The notes below the pieces were generated by a model that saw nothing but the letters and a program-made list of their open reading frames with translations, ran no database searches and was not told where the DNA came from. A stretch of DNA of 34,011 nt, from positions 5,836,167 to 5,870,177 of the forward strand of contig NC_068993.1 in the NCBI RefSeq assembly GCF_001194135.2, in the 5' to 3' direction. The position numbers and the translations under genes are program-made. Positions 22,111 through 33,871 of this stretch are shown piece by piece (the first letter of the stretch is position 1; every line of letters starts with the position of its first letter). This DNA is from Octopus bimaculoides (taxonomy: Eukaryota).

Positions 22111-23139
22111 NNNNNNNNNNNNNNNNNNNNNNNNNNNNNNNNNNNNNNNNNNNNNNNNNNNNNNNNNNNNNNNNNNNNNNNNNNNNNNNNNNNNNNNNNN
22201 NNNNNNNNNNNNNNNNNNNNNNNNNNNNNNNNNNNNNNNNNNNNNNNNNNNNNNNNNNNNNNNNNNNNNNNNNNNNNNNNNNNNNNNNNNNNNNNNNNNN
22301 NNNNNNNNNNGTACGAATTACACATTAATATGTATATATATATATATATGTTTTTATGTTATATGTTCGCATGTTTACAATGGCGTTTATATACCCTCTA
22401 TGTTTAGATATTTGTCTCTTTCTAATTAATACTTTAATCTAATCGCTCAATAAATTGAGACCTATGGTGTTGTTTCTTGAAAAGAGTTCACCTCTGATTT
22501 TTCATTAACTATATATATGTCTGTCTGTCTGTCTGTCTGCCTATCTGTATGGTTGAGGCTATGATTTCATAAGTCCTGTACATCTTATCTCTTCTCTCTT
22601 TCTCTCGCCTCTCTAATGACTGTCATCTTCAGAACACACTTTTTCTTGTATATTTCCAAAACACACACACACACACACACACACGCTCTCGCACACATTC
22701 GATCACGCATTTCAGTACCAAGATTTTTCGTTCCCTCATCATTAATTCTTTGTGATTCACATAACTCTCTCCCTCTCTGTCTCTGCCTCTATCTGTCTCT
22801 CTCTCTCTCTATCCGTTATTCACTCCTCTCTATGTCTCTCTCTGTCTCTCTCATTCACTTGCTCTCCTTCTCTGTGTATGTTTTACACGAAACTTTTTCC
22901 TCTCGGTTTCTTTGCATGTACACAGATTTATATACACGATATATACACGTCATATTCACACACACACACATGCAACCTTACACAGCACACCTCTCTCTTC
23001 CTTGCACTTTTCATTTTTTCTTGCTCTCCCTTCTCTCTCTTCTTTCCACTAGTTCTCTTTCTCTCTCTCTCTCACTCTAGCGTTAGTTCTCTTTGTACCT
23101 TTGTCCGTCTATTTCTCTGTCTGTTTGTCTCTGTCTTCG

Positions 23140-23170
<31 letters not shown>

Positions 23171-23425
23171 TTCAGGCCGGTCTGCTGATTGTGACAAGCA
23201 ATCAAAAGAAAGCCAGACGTGAGAACAGCATGTGCCTCGCAGATATGTTTCGCCATTACGAAGCGCAAGAACTGATACGTAACGTTTGGTGATACATTTG
23301 GCGCCAAAGCTGACATGTGAAGATGTGATGAGGACATCGCCGGGCAGGTGTTGGACAGCAGCTATAGTGCCGACATTTATTTATAAATCCACCGACACAT
23401 TCTACACACATACACACAAAAACAA

Positions 23426-23460
<35 letters not shown>

Positions 23461-23988
23461 AGACATATTATAGNNNNNNNNNNNNNNNNNNNNNNNNNNN
23501 NNNNNNNNNNNNNNNNNNNNNNNNNNNNNNNNNNNNNNNNNNNNNNNNNNNNNNNNNNNNNNNNNNNNNNNNNNNNNNNNNNNNNNNNNNNNNNNNNNNN
23601 NNNNNNNNNNNNNNNNNNNNNNNNNNNNNNNNNNNNNNNNNNNNNNNNNNNNNNNNNNNNNNNNNNNNNNNNNNNNNNNNNNNNNNNNNNNNNNNNNNNN
23701 NNNNNNNNNNNNNNNNNNNNNNNNNNNNNNNNNNNNNNNNNNNNNNNNNNNNNNNNNNNNNNNATATGCTTTATATATTTATATATTTGATCCTTTATAT
23801 TGAACACTCAAAATTTCATCTACATTCAATACTTTATTTCATGGTGCCATCCATTTTTATTTTATTTTATATTATATATTGTATATTATATTATATATTG
23901 TATATTCCATATTCTATATCCCACATTGGTTCTGCAGGAATATAAATAAAACATAAAAAACAGACAGTGTTGGAACTCTTTTAAACAA

Positions 23989-24027
<39 letters not shown>

Positions 24028-24030
24028 CAT

Positions 24031-24180
24031 GATGGGCTTCCTTCCGTTTCCGTCTACCAAACCCTCTCAGAAGGATATGGTCAATTCGGTGCTATAGTAG
24101 AAGATGCCACGCAGTGTGACTGAACCCCGTGTCATATGGTTGGGAAGTAAACATCTTATGACACACCCATACCTACGCCT
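24031..24180 (-). mobile_element. SINE family A, 5' half preceded by (TA)n
   Basis: GATGGGCTTCCTTCCGTTTCCGTCTACCAAA...GCTATAGTAGAAGATGCCACGCAGTGTGACTGAACCCC...ACCTACGCCT. Confidence 0.75.
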
Positions 24181-24211
24181 ACAACAACAACAACAACAAC
24201 AACAATCATTC

Positions 24212-24338
24212 TTTCAAATTTTTGTCTCAAGGCCAACAATTTTAGGAGAGGGGGGAGACGTTGATTACGCCGACCCAAGTATGCAACTGGTATTTATTTC
24301 ATCAACTCCGAAATGATGGCAGGAAATGTAGACCTCGA
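24212..24338 (-). mobile_element. SINE family B, 3' portion
   Basis: TTTCAAATTTTTGTCTCAAGGCCAACAATT...CAACTGGTATTTATT...GACCTCG aligns with 6361-6480. Confidence 0.65.
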
Positions 24339-24490
24339 CTTTCATTTATTTAATTCCCTTTTTCAGACCGAAAAATATTCAGGACAGCTTTCATTAATTT
24401 TTTTTCTTCTTTTTTTTTTATCCAACGTGCTCTTTTAAGACTGTATTTTGTGACTTGGGGTGAAATTTGATATTTACCTGATATTTTTAG

Positions 24491-24534
24491 CGGTTTTGAT
24501 AACCATGTTGAAGATCCCTCGTTGGCAACGACAG
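24491..24534 (+). other. Candidate 44-nt exon (unverified)
   Basis: ATATTTTTAG acceptor and CAG|GTAAGT consensus donor; two open frames (GFDNHVEDPSLATT, or VLITMLKIPRWQRQ with ACCATG). I recognise no homology. Confidence 0.3.
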
Positions 24535-24689
24535 GTAAGTAAAAACGGTTTTATGAGTCATCGCAGTTCGTGACACACCTGAAATACGTAAGATATAAAA
24601 CGCAATCTGAACAGGAGGGGGTACAATAGGGGTGGGGTAAGGGACATTTCGGGGGAAAGGTTCAAGGAGGAACTGCAAAGAGAGATCAT

Positions 24690-24745
24690 AACCAAAATAA
24701 CAAAAATAACAAGAATAACAAAAATAACGAAAATAACAAAAATAA
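24690..24745. repeat. 9-bp minisatellite (CAAAAATAA) x about 6
   Basis: CAAAATAACAAAAATAACAAGAATAACAAAAATAACGAAAATAACAAAAATAA. Confidence 0.85.
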
Positions 24746-24985
24746 AGAAACAACAATATAAAACAAGGGAAGGAACAGAGGAAGAGTTCAGATCTTGTTC
24801 GTGGTATGATTCATGCTTTACATCATTAGGGATTGCTAATAAACAAGGTGTATACTTTACACACACACACACAAACATATATGTATATATACATATTTAT
24901 GTATACATATATATAAACATGCACATGTGTATGTATGCATACACACACACATACAAATATATACATAAATGCACACACATATAGG

Positions 24986-25033
<48 letters not shown>

Positions 25034-25185
25034 GTATGTATGAGTGTAAAGTATGTATGACTACGTTTGCATCATTGTATGCATGTCTGCATGTCAGTGA
25101 TTGAACACTGACATGTGAACACATTCAGGTGGTAGAAGAGGATTTCGCTTTTCCGATAATATCTATCTATCTATCTATCTATCTT

Positions 25186-25232
<47 letters not shown>

Positions 25233-25604
25233 CGTTCTCTCTGTCTGTCTAGATATACAGGCGTATCATGTGTGTGTATATGTGCATGTGTGTGTGTGTA
25301 CCTTTTGTTTTTACGCACACACATATACATAGAAATATACACATACATACATATATATTTATATGTACATGGATACACACACACACACACACGCACACAC
25401 ATATATATGCATGTATATATATATATATATATATNNNNNNNNNNNNNNNNNNNNNNNNNNNNNNNNNNNNNNNNNNNNNNNNNNNNNNNNNNNNNNNNNN
25501 NNNNNNNNNNNNNNNNNNNNNNNNNNNNNNNNNNNNNNNNNNNNNNNNNNNNNNNNNNNNNNNNNNNNNNNNNNNNNNNNNNNNNNNNNNNNNNNNNNNN
25601 NNNN

Positions 25605-25636
<32 letters not shown>

Positions 25637-26277
25637 GCGTGCGGTTGTTGTGTGCAGTGTATTAGTGAATATCTACATGTAATAGTACATTTACTGTTGT
25701 AGTGTGATCAAAAGATATCATGGCTTCCTGAAAACAAAATGGCCACGAGGGATCGTCAATTTATTGCACGAGATTTTAAGAACATGAGATTTTAACAATA
25801 CTTTTCCGACATTTTCTTTGTTGCCCTTCTCTCATTCTTTATCCACCTCTCTCTCTCTCCCTCTCTCTCTCTTTCTCTCTCTCCTTGTCCTTCTCTGTCT
25901 CTCTGAATCTCTGTCTCACTGTCTGTCTCTCTCTCTGAGTCTCTCACACTCTTCCTCTCCTATATATGTGTATGTGTGCTTATATGTATGTATGCGTAGT
26001 ATATATCTGTCTATATGTATATGTATAAGTACATGTGTTAATTTGTTGATGTATATGCACATAAAATTAAGTAGATACACACATATACATCCATATACAG
26101 CTGCACATGCACAGAAACACATGCATGCATACATACATACATACATGTATACATGCATGCATACATACATACATACATGTATGCATACATGCATAAATAC
26201 ATACATACATGCATAAATACATACATACAATGCCTACGCGAAATATTACATTTTATATTAAAATATTCTTTTATTTT

Positions 26278-26474
26278 CTCCTTTTACTTGTTCCATTCAT
26301 TTGACTGCGGCCATGCTGGAGCACCGCTTTTAGTCGAACAAATCGACCCCAGGACTTATTCTTTGTCAGCCTGGTACTTATTCTATCGCTGAGATACTTA
26401 CAGGGACATATACACAACATGGGTTGTCAAGCGATGGTGGGGGTGGGAGACAGATATAGATATACACACACAAA

Positions 26475-26531
<57 letters not shown>

Positions 26532-26693
26532 CGGCCTTGTTTTCAGTTTCCGTCTACCAGATCCACTCACAAGGCTTTGGTCAGCCCGAGGCTATAGTAG
26601 AAGACACTTGTCCAAGGTGTCACACAGTGGGACTGAACCCGGAATTATGTGGTTGGGAAGCAAGCTTCTTACCACACAGCCATGCCTCCGCCT
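26278..26693 (-). mobile_element. SINE family A, best full-length copy
   Basis: Minus strand: AGGCGGAGGCATGGCTGTGTGG (A box), GGGTTCAGTCCC (B box), GACACCTTGGACAAGTGTC (similar to the CORE box GTGACCTTGGGCAAGT), internal (TA)n, 3' half, tail GCGGTGCTCCAGCATGGCCGCAGTCAAATGAATGGAACAAGTAAAAG. Resembles the Octopus tRNA-derived CORE-type SINEs; exact family name not assigned. Confidence 0.88.
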
Positions 26694-27409
26694 GATAAAA
26701 CATTACATTTAGATATTATGTTAAAACTTATTCGTATGATCGAACCACGTATCGGTTAAATTGTGTAGTACCACTTAAAGAAGATTTCACCTTCAGAAAG
26801 TATTTCTAAGGGCAAAGTTAGCTGGATAGCAGGAAACCATCATTCTGGCAAATTATGCGCACAAGAAGGGTTTGAAAAATGTTGCAACATTTCACGAGCT
26901 TTTAAAAATAAATAAATAGATAAACAAATAGATAATAACTAAAATAATTAAATAAAATGACGAAATAACCAAATAAATAAAACGCAGAAATGAATTTTAA
27001 CAAAAAAAAAAAAAACTGTTCCAAGAACGGTGGCATGTTCGTACAAGTAATTTTTTTTGTGTTAAAAATCTTTCAACAGGTTCACTGGCACGTGTCAAAA
27101 AATACATAAATAAATGAAATAAAAAAAGTAATACCCTTGAAGGTAAACAAAAGCTGCATTGAAAAACCAAATCGATTATTTCGATTATCACGTGACAGAG
27201 TCATTACCTGTTTGAAAACAAATATAATTGAGAGGAACTAAGCTAAAAACAAAACTAAACTAAGATATTCTATTATACTTTTGAAAAATCTGTAAAAATT
27301 TACGCTTTTTTTTCAGCCTTAATTAAAATAAGCCTGATTAATATGAAATAAAACTGATACGAAAACCACGATTCTAATTATAATTAAAACTTATTTCTTT
27401 TATAGCAGA

Positions 27410-27616
27410 ATGTTCAACATTCTGCCTAACAACCTCAGAGATTTGTTAGGTGCAGATGAGGAGGTCATCAAAGAGCGTCTTGACAAATTTTATCTGAAAT
27501 GAATCCACATCAGAGAAGAGCAGTTCCGTCCAGCTCGTTACTTCACCTCAAACAGCACAGAATAGAAAAGGCAGTGCTCCAGCATGGCCACAGCCTTTGG
27601 CTGAAACCAGTGTAAG

Positions 27617-27662
<46 letters not shown>
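27410..27662 (+). mobile_element. 5'-truncated CR1/L2-group LINE 3' end (ORF2 C-terminus, 3' UTR, (ATCT)n tail), decayed
   Basis: 27410-27502 translates to MFNILPNNLRDLLGADEEVIKERLDKF, matching the LFNxLPxxLR...FKxxLDxFL C-terminal motif of CR1/L2-group ORF2. Restoring one T gives FLSEM...RRAVPSSSLLHLKQ. It ends in a stem-loop tail and tandem ATCT. Confidence 0.7.
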
Positions 27663-27663
<1 letters not shown>

Positions 27664-28260
27664 CCCAATCAATTACGTGAAACTTGAAGTAATGTTTCCC
27701 GAAGGTTTTCGGTTTCAACAAGTCTGATTGTCTGACTGTCTGCTTGCTTGTCAGTCTATCTGTTTCTCTGTCTGCCAGCTTGTCTGTTTGTCTGCATGTC
27801 TGTCTCTAATTATTCCCACACACACACGCACTCAACACATACACATACATCAATAAACATATGTTTATAAATTAACATAAATTTAGTTTCACCGCGAAAA
27901 TACAATCTGCGATTATACGACTGTAACTTTCATATACGAGTGTTGGGAACCGATCGATACACCATCTCCATCGATTCATTACTCTCAGCTATCGATTCTG
28001 TGATATAATCATAGATTATGTATTCACTGCCAGACTAAATATATGCTTATTAAGCATATTCTATATGATTTCCATAAACATATTTCTTCAAACAACGGTG
28101 CGTCGGTGCGTTAAGCCATAATACATACATACAAACATACATACATATATGCATGCATACATATACACATACATATGTGTTTGTGTGCGTGTTTTAGTGC
28201 ATATATGTGTATGTGTACATAATATATACCTGTGTGTATATACATATATATACACACACA

Positions 28261-28263
<3 letters not shown>

Positions 28264-28326
<63 letters not shown>

Positions 28327-28450
28327 AGAAGCGTTCGGGGCGTTTCTAGTGAGCTTGAAGCATTGTGGCGAAGCAGTAAAATAGTTATAATAGTAAAGAC
28401 ATTCAATATAGAAATGAAATAAATTTGATGAGCTCTTTTGTTTTTCTATT

Positions 28451-28481
<31 letters not shown>

Positions 28482-28490
28482 CACACGCAC

Positions 28491-28570
<80 letters not shown>
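28264..28570. repeat. (GT)30 and a long (AC)n tract in opposite orientation
   Basis: (GT)n at 28264-28323 and (AC)n at 28451-28570. Confidence 0.95.
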
Positions 28571-28572
<2 letters not shown>

Positions 28573-28606
28573 ACGCACACACACACATATATACATATAT
28601 ATACAC

Positions 28607-28870
28607 ACGAATGCCTCAATATGTTCTTTCCACCAATCACGGTCTGAGGTTTTCCTCATACATATTGGAGTGCCGAAGAATTAACAAAGCTTCCACTCCA
28701 AAATCTGCATGATCTTGCCTCCACTTCTTTTTTCTGGACTGTCTACCCTGTCAATTTAGTATTCTCTCTATTGTCCTTTCTTCTAAACATATATCCCTCG
28801 AAAGACTATTTGATAGATTTTATTTTCCACATAATATCAGTCAAAACTGTTGCCACTCTTATCCTGTTCT
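28607..28870 (-). mobile_element. Decayed RTE-clade LINE ORF C-terminus
   Basis: Minus strand RIRVATVLTDIMWKIKSIK*SFEGYMFRRKDNRENTKLTG*, frameshift, PEKRSGGK...MRKTSDRDWWKEHIEAFV. This follows the RTE pattern IRxxTxVxDIxxxIxxxKWxWAGHxxRRxDNRW...KRxRGR...DRxxWKxxxEAF, with stops at two conserved Trp positions. Confidence 0.7.
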
Positions 28871-29100
28871 TTCTCCACTTACCATTTTGTTAAGCTTCTG
28901 CATTCCATATGGTGTCTTAGACACAAGACAGTATTCTGTGTTCATATTTTTTTTATCAAATGTTTTCGTATTTTCTTCGTAATTTGTAAACCCAAGAACA
29001 CGCAATTAATAATGTTACTACTTATAAACTCATAAACTCAATTACAAACGTGAAAATTGTAAACTTCACGACTATAACTGTTATAATGATCACACAAATC

Positions 29101-29148
29101 TCTTTTATCTTTCACTTGTTTCAGTCATTAAACTGCGGCCATGCTGGG
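29101..29148 (-). mobile_element. SINE family A, 3' tip
   Basis: TCTTTTATCTTTCACTTGTTTCAGTCATTAAACTGCGGCCATGCTGGG. Confidence 0.65.
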
Positions 29149-29495
29149 ATACATCCTTGAAAATTTTTTAACGAACTTGTCCTATAGGCCTGTTTTGCCG
29201 AGTCAGTGGGGGACAATCACAAAATAACATAACTACACACACACACATGCATATATATATATATAACTGATATATAAAAACAATTTAACGTCGAACTGAA
29301 GGGTTAATCAATTGTTTTCACGTATTTCACTAGTTGCAGCTCGAAAGTTGCGGCTATGCTGGAGTACCATCGTTATTTATTAAGTTTTACATGTTAAACG
29401 TTGAGTGTAGCTTAGAACTTACGGCTGCATGCTTTGATCAGATCGTTTAATGAAGGCGAACTTGGAACACACTGTCAATCATTACCGTGTAAAAG

Positions 29496-29535
<40 letters not shown>

Positions 29536-29635
29536 GACACACACACAAATATGTACCTATAAATATACATGCCTCCGCTCCATATATAATATATATACAT
29601 GCCCTCAAACAAAAACCAACAAAAATAATCAAATG

Positions 29636-29689
<54 letters not shown>

Positions 29690-30309
29690 TTATAATTAAC
29701 ATAACACATAGTTGTATAATTGCAATACAAACTACCTAAGTAGCACAAACAGCAAACGAATACATAAGTAAGTAAATAAATATATAAATTAAAATTACAA
29801 CAACAATAAAAAAGCTAATGAAAAAATAGTAAATCAAAAGAAAAGTAAATAAGGAAAAATAATCAAACAATAAATGAAAGAAAAATAAAGAAACTATAAG
29901 AAATTATATAAAAAAAAACAAAACAATACAAAACAGTAAAGAAAGAAAATGCAAAAAAATGATGGATGTGTTCCGTGTTTGAATTGAAATCACGGTTTCG
30001 AGGTTTTTGTTCAGATCTAACGTGGCAAGCATTCGAAGAGAGAAATGCTGTAAAGAGACGCTGGAATGAGGGGCGGGCGGAGGAAAACGATCAAGGCATG
30101 CACAATTAACTCACTTGAGGAAGAATTTCGCTAGTTTGGATTATGCAAATTAACTGAATGTTGTTTATTGAAACCAAGCATATCAAATTGAGTTCTGGTT
30201 CGTTGTTACTTGGTTCTTCTTTGGTTCTTCAAGCTGGTTTTCGTTTTTTTTTTTGTTGTTTTGCTTTTTCCTTCAATAGTTAAATTGGGTGGAAATAGAT
30301 AAGGAATAC

Positions 30310-30351
<42 letters not shown>

Positions 30352-30900
30352 AAACATGTATGTATCTTTCTATTTATCTNNNNNNNNNNTATATATATAT
30401 ATATGCCTATACATAAGTAATATATATAAACATAACTACAGGTATGTATGTATATGTATATATGTGTATGAGTCTGTGTGTGTGGCAAGGTGTACGTGTG
30501 TATATAGATATGTATGTCGGTATGTATGACTGAAAGAATAATTGAATCAACCAACCAAACATTAACAATAACAACATTCTTAAGTAATGCTCCTTTTTGT
30601 ACTCTGTTTTTTCTTCTTTTTTTTTTTTCTTTTGTATTTGTCTGGCTGAAACCAGAACGAATGCTCAAATATTCTCTCGCTCGAAAACAGTATTTATTTT
30701 TCAAGACGTACGCAACTCACACGCATACACAAACACACACACATACAACACATGTATATTCACACACACATATACATCCACACACATATACATACATATA
30801 CACATACATAAACTCTCATACACTCACTCAAACGTTTTCTCGTTCTCTCTCTCTCTCCCTCACGCACACACGCACATGTATGCATCTATGCCAGTGACTG

Positions 30901-31400
30901 TATGCATTTCTTAATCCAGCTACGTGGTAGACTATCAAAAGCATTTTATTAGTCCATCCAGGCTATCCATAAGTTTTTGTGTCGTTTGTGACAATCTTCC
31001 AAGATCATTTTATTGATGAGTAGCTGATCTTTACAACCATGGAACTCACGTTTACATCCTTTTTGCTCATTAGGGAATATGCCACTTTCTATTAAAAAAA
31101 CTATAGGTATATTCATTCAAGACAGATGTTAGCATTTTATACATTGTTGTTAAGCAGGTTATGAGTCGATAATTTTTTGGTTCATTTGTTTCTTCCTTTT
31201 TTGGAAGTAGGAATGTTATACCATTAACTAGCCAAGAGGGCATCATACTAGGAGGTTGCAAAACATCGTTGTAAAGTTCTGTTAGTAGTTCATGGCTCTC
31301 TGGGAAGGCATTCAACCAGAAGCTAAGATTTTTATCCTTTCCATTTGCTTCACTTCTTAGCGCATACCTTTTGCTTGATGGTTTCGATGTCAAATATGAT
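30901..31400 (-). pseudogene. Disrupted reverse transcriptase fragment of an R4/Dong-like non-LTR retrotransposon
   Basis: ORF 31070-31393 contains SFWLNAF...PSWLVNGITFLLPKKEETNEPKNYRLITCLTTMYKMLTSVL. After a frameshift in a T-run it continues [58 protein letters not shown], matching the EQKGC...GCKDQLLI...W(I)DYKKAFDS.PHSW signature typical of R4-clade RTs. Has stops and frameshifts. Confidence 0.88.
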
Positions 31401-31431
31401 TTTCCTATTATATCTAAAGGTTTTTGCTTAA

Positions 31432-31590
31432 GGTTTATTATTATTATTGTTGTTGTTGTTGTTGTTGTTTATTATCTTCATGGTCATCCTCCTCCTCCTC
31501 CTCCTTCTACTCCTCCTCCTCCTTCTACTCCTCCTCCTCCTTCTACTCCTCCTCCTCCTTCTCCTCCTTCCTACCCTCCTCTTCCTCATC
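31432..31590. repeat. (ATT)(GTT) tract then 18-bp unit TCTACTCCTCCTCCTCCT x3
   Basis: Visible units; source of the PPPPST ORF. Confidence 0.9.
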
Positions 31591-31875
31591 ATCTGGATAT
31601 TTCGACTTTAACTCGGTTACTTAGTTTAATGACTAAAGGTCTGTTTAATTAAGCAATTGTATATTACTTCATTGCCTACTTAACTTACGTTAAAATGTTT
31701 ACTTTCACTTTCACATATAAAGTGTTGGTGGCACTTGAGGCACTTTTTGTAGTCTTAGAAACGCAATTTTATTGCATACATCAAGCACTTGGCATTAATC
31801 ATACTTACCCGTCTCTTACGTCTGTGTAAACAGTACACACACATACATATTGTGTGCGTGTGTGTGTATAAATAA

Positions 31876-31929
<54 letters not shown>

Positions 31930-32317
31930 GTACACGCATGTGTGTAATGCATATATACATTATATGTAATATATAAATATATATATACATATATTTATAT
32001 ATAATGTGCTAACCACTTTATTATTATTATTAATAGTAATAATATCTTGTTTAGTTATATATATATATATATATATATATAACACTTATGTATTTGTGTT
32101 TGTGTGTGTGTGTGAGCGTGACTGATTGTTTCTATTTATATATTCTTATCTTCTGATGGCTGTTTGTAAATGCATATAACGGTTTCCATTGGTTACTCAA
32201 ACACTTATATACGAAACACCCAAAGCACATCTATTATTTCATATTTACATACACGCGCTCACGAACATATTCGTATGTGCATTTATGTACACTATGATGC
32301 ACATATATATGTGTACT

Positions 32318-32437
32318 CCTTGATATATTTAGTATGCCTAAGGTCTGACCTATTGGATCTAGATTCTTTGAAATTGTTTCGAATGTGACCGATAACAAAA
32401 GGGAGAATTTTAGCTATTTCTATTTGTATTTCCCGCG
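32318..32437 (-). mobile_element. Possible decayed C-terminal endonuclease-region piece of an R4/Dong-like element
   Basis: Minus strand REIQIEIAKILPFVIG, frameshift, TFETISKNLDPIGQTLGILNI; resembles the LxIEIxxxW...PxVIGALGTIxKxL motif. Short and degenerate. Confidence 0.35.
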
Positions 32438-32444
32438 TTGTTGA

Positions 32445-32486
<42 letters not shown>

Positions 32487-32627
32487 GAGGGTAAAAATAT
32501 ACACCAGTAACGTCCTGGTAGCAACTATTAAGCCTCTTCGTTAGAATCTATTCTGACGTGTTTCAAGAAGTTGGACATTTTTGAATATCAACAAGAACAG
32601 AACCAACACCAGCAACAGAAACAGCAT

Positions 32628-32663
<36 letters not shown>

Positions 32664-32710
32664 AATAATAATAATAATATTGGTGGTCGTTGCTGCTGCT
32701 GCTGCTGCTA
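32628..32710. repeat. (CTA)n(AAT)n...(GCT)n compound microsatellite
   Basis: Visible units. Confidence 0.92.
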
Positions 32711-32861
32711 CTGGTGCTAGTTGTCGTTCCTGTTGTTGCTAAATTTACAATATCACGCAGTCAGGCAAGAATTCACCAAGAGAATAGACACAGATCAAAG
32801 AGACGAGATGAAAATATATTTTCACTTTAATTGATCACAAATTCAAAGTGACAAAGCATGA

Positions 32862-32934
<73 letters not shown>

Positions 32935-33375
32935 CTCATAAGCATATACACCCGTAAACACATGCATATACCTACCTACATACATACATACACACTTATG
33001 TTACCCAACATACTATCAAACAGTTGTGAATACATATACTTCTTCAAATATGTGTGTATGTGCGTACATGTGTGTGTTTGTGTGAATGTGTCTGTATGCA
33101 TACGTATACCCATGTACACGTACACATATACATACATAGATATATATGTATGTACGTATGTACGTACGTATATATATATGTATACATATATACATACATA
33201 CAGAAAGACAGACAGACAGACATATGTACAATCACATAGACATGCTTTCATACATACATACAAACGTGAAGTTCGCTCAATTTATATGGACGGTGTATTC
33301 ATTAATCGTGTGTATACATGTACCTTTGTGTCTCTATGCTTGTGTTTCCAACAAACGCAATATGTACGTGGCAAC

Positions 33376-33420
<45 letters not shown>

Positions 33421-33871
33421 TACACACACACACGCATTCCCCACAAACACACAAAAGTTTACCCCTCCCTCATATCGTATTGCGGAGATTGAAGTTCAGA
33501 GACGTTACGATAACACTGAACGCGTCGAACAAACTAACACATCCCGCCTGGCTTTTCCTACCTATTCGATTACCTTCCTTATTGATCATATATAAGCTTT
33601 AACAAGATTTTTATTATTGATTCGATCTTTTAAATCAATCAGATTAATTCCCGATTGGCTACTTTATATATACGTCAATATCTGCATGATTGCTTCCTTG
33701 CGTGATAGAATGTGATGTTATTTCTCCTCAGACCGCCATTCAACGTTTCAAAACCATATTACGACGCCATGTTGTTTTTTGTTTCTTCTTCATGACTTGA
33801 CGTTATTTTTGTTATTTTAATACTTTAATATTCTCATATTTGATAATTTTTATGCTACATGTTGATATTCT

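Noticed and set aside
26877-27066. 16-bp palindrome AAATGTTGCAACATTT and an A/T-run hairpin at about 26995-27066
   Set aside because: Short or homopolymer-driven; not distinguishable from chance in AT-rich DNA.
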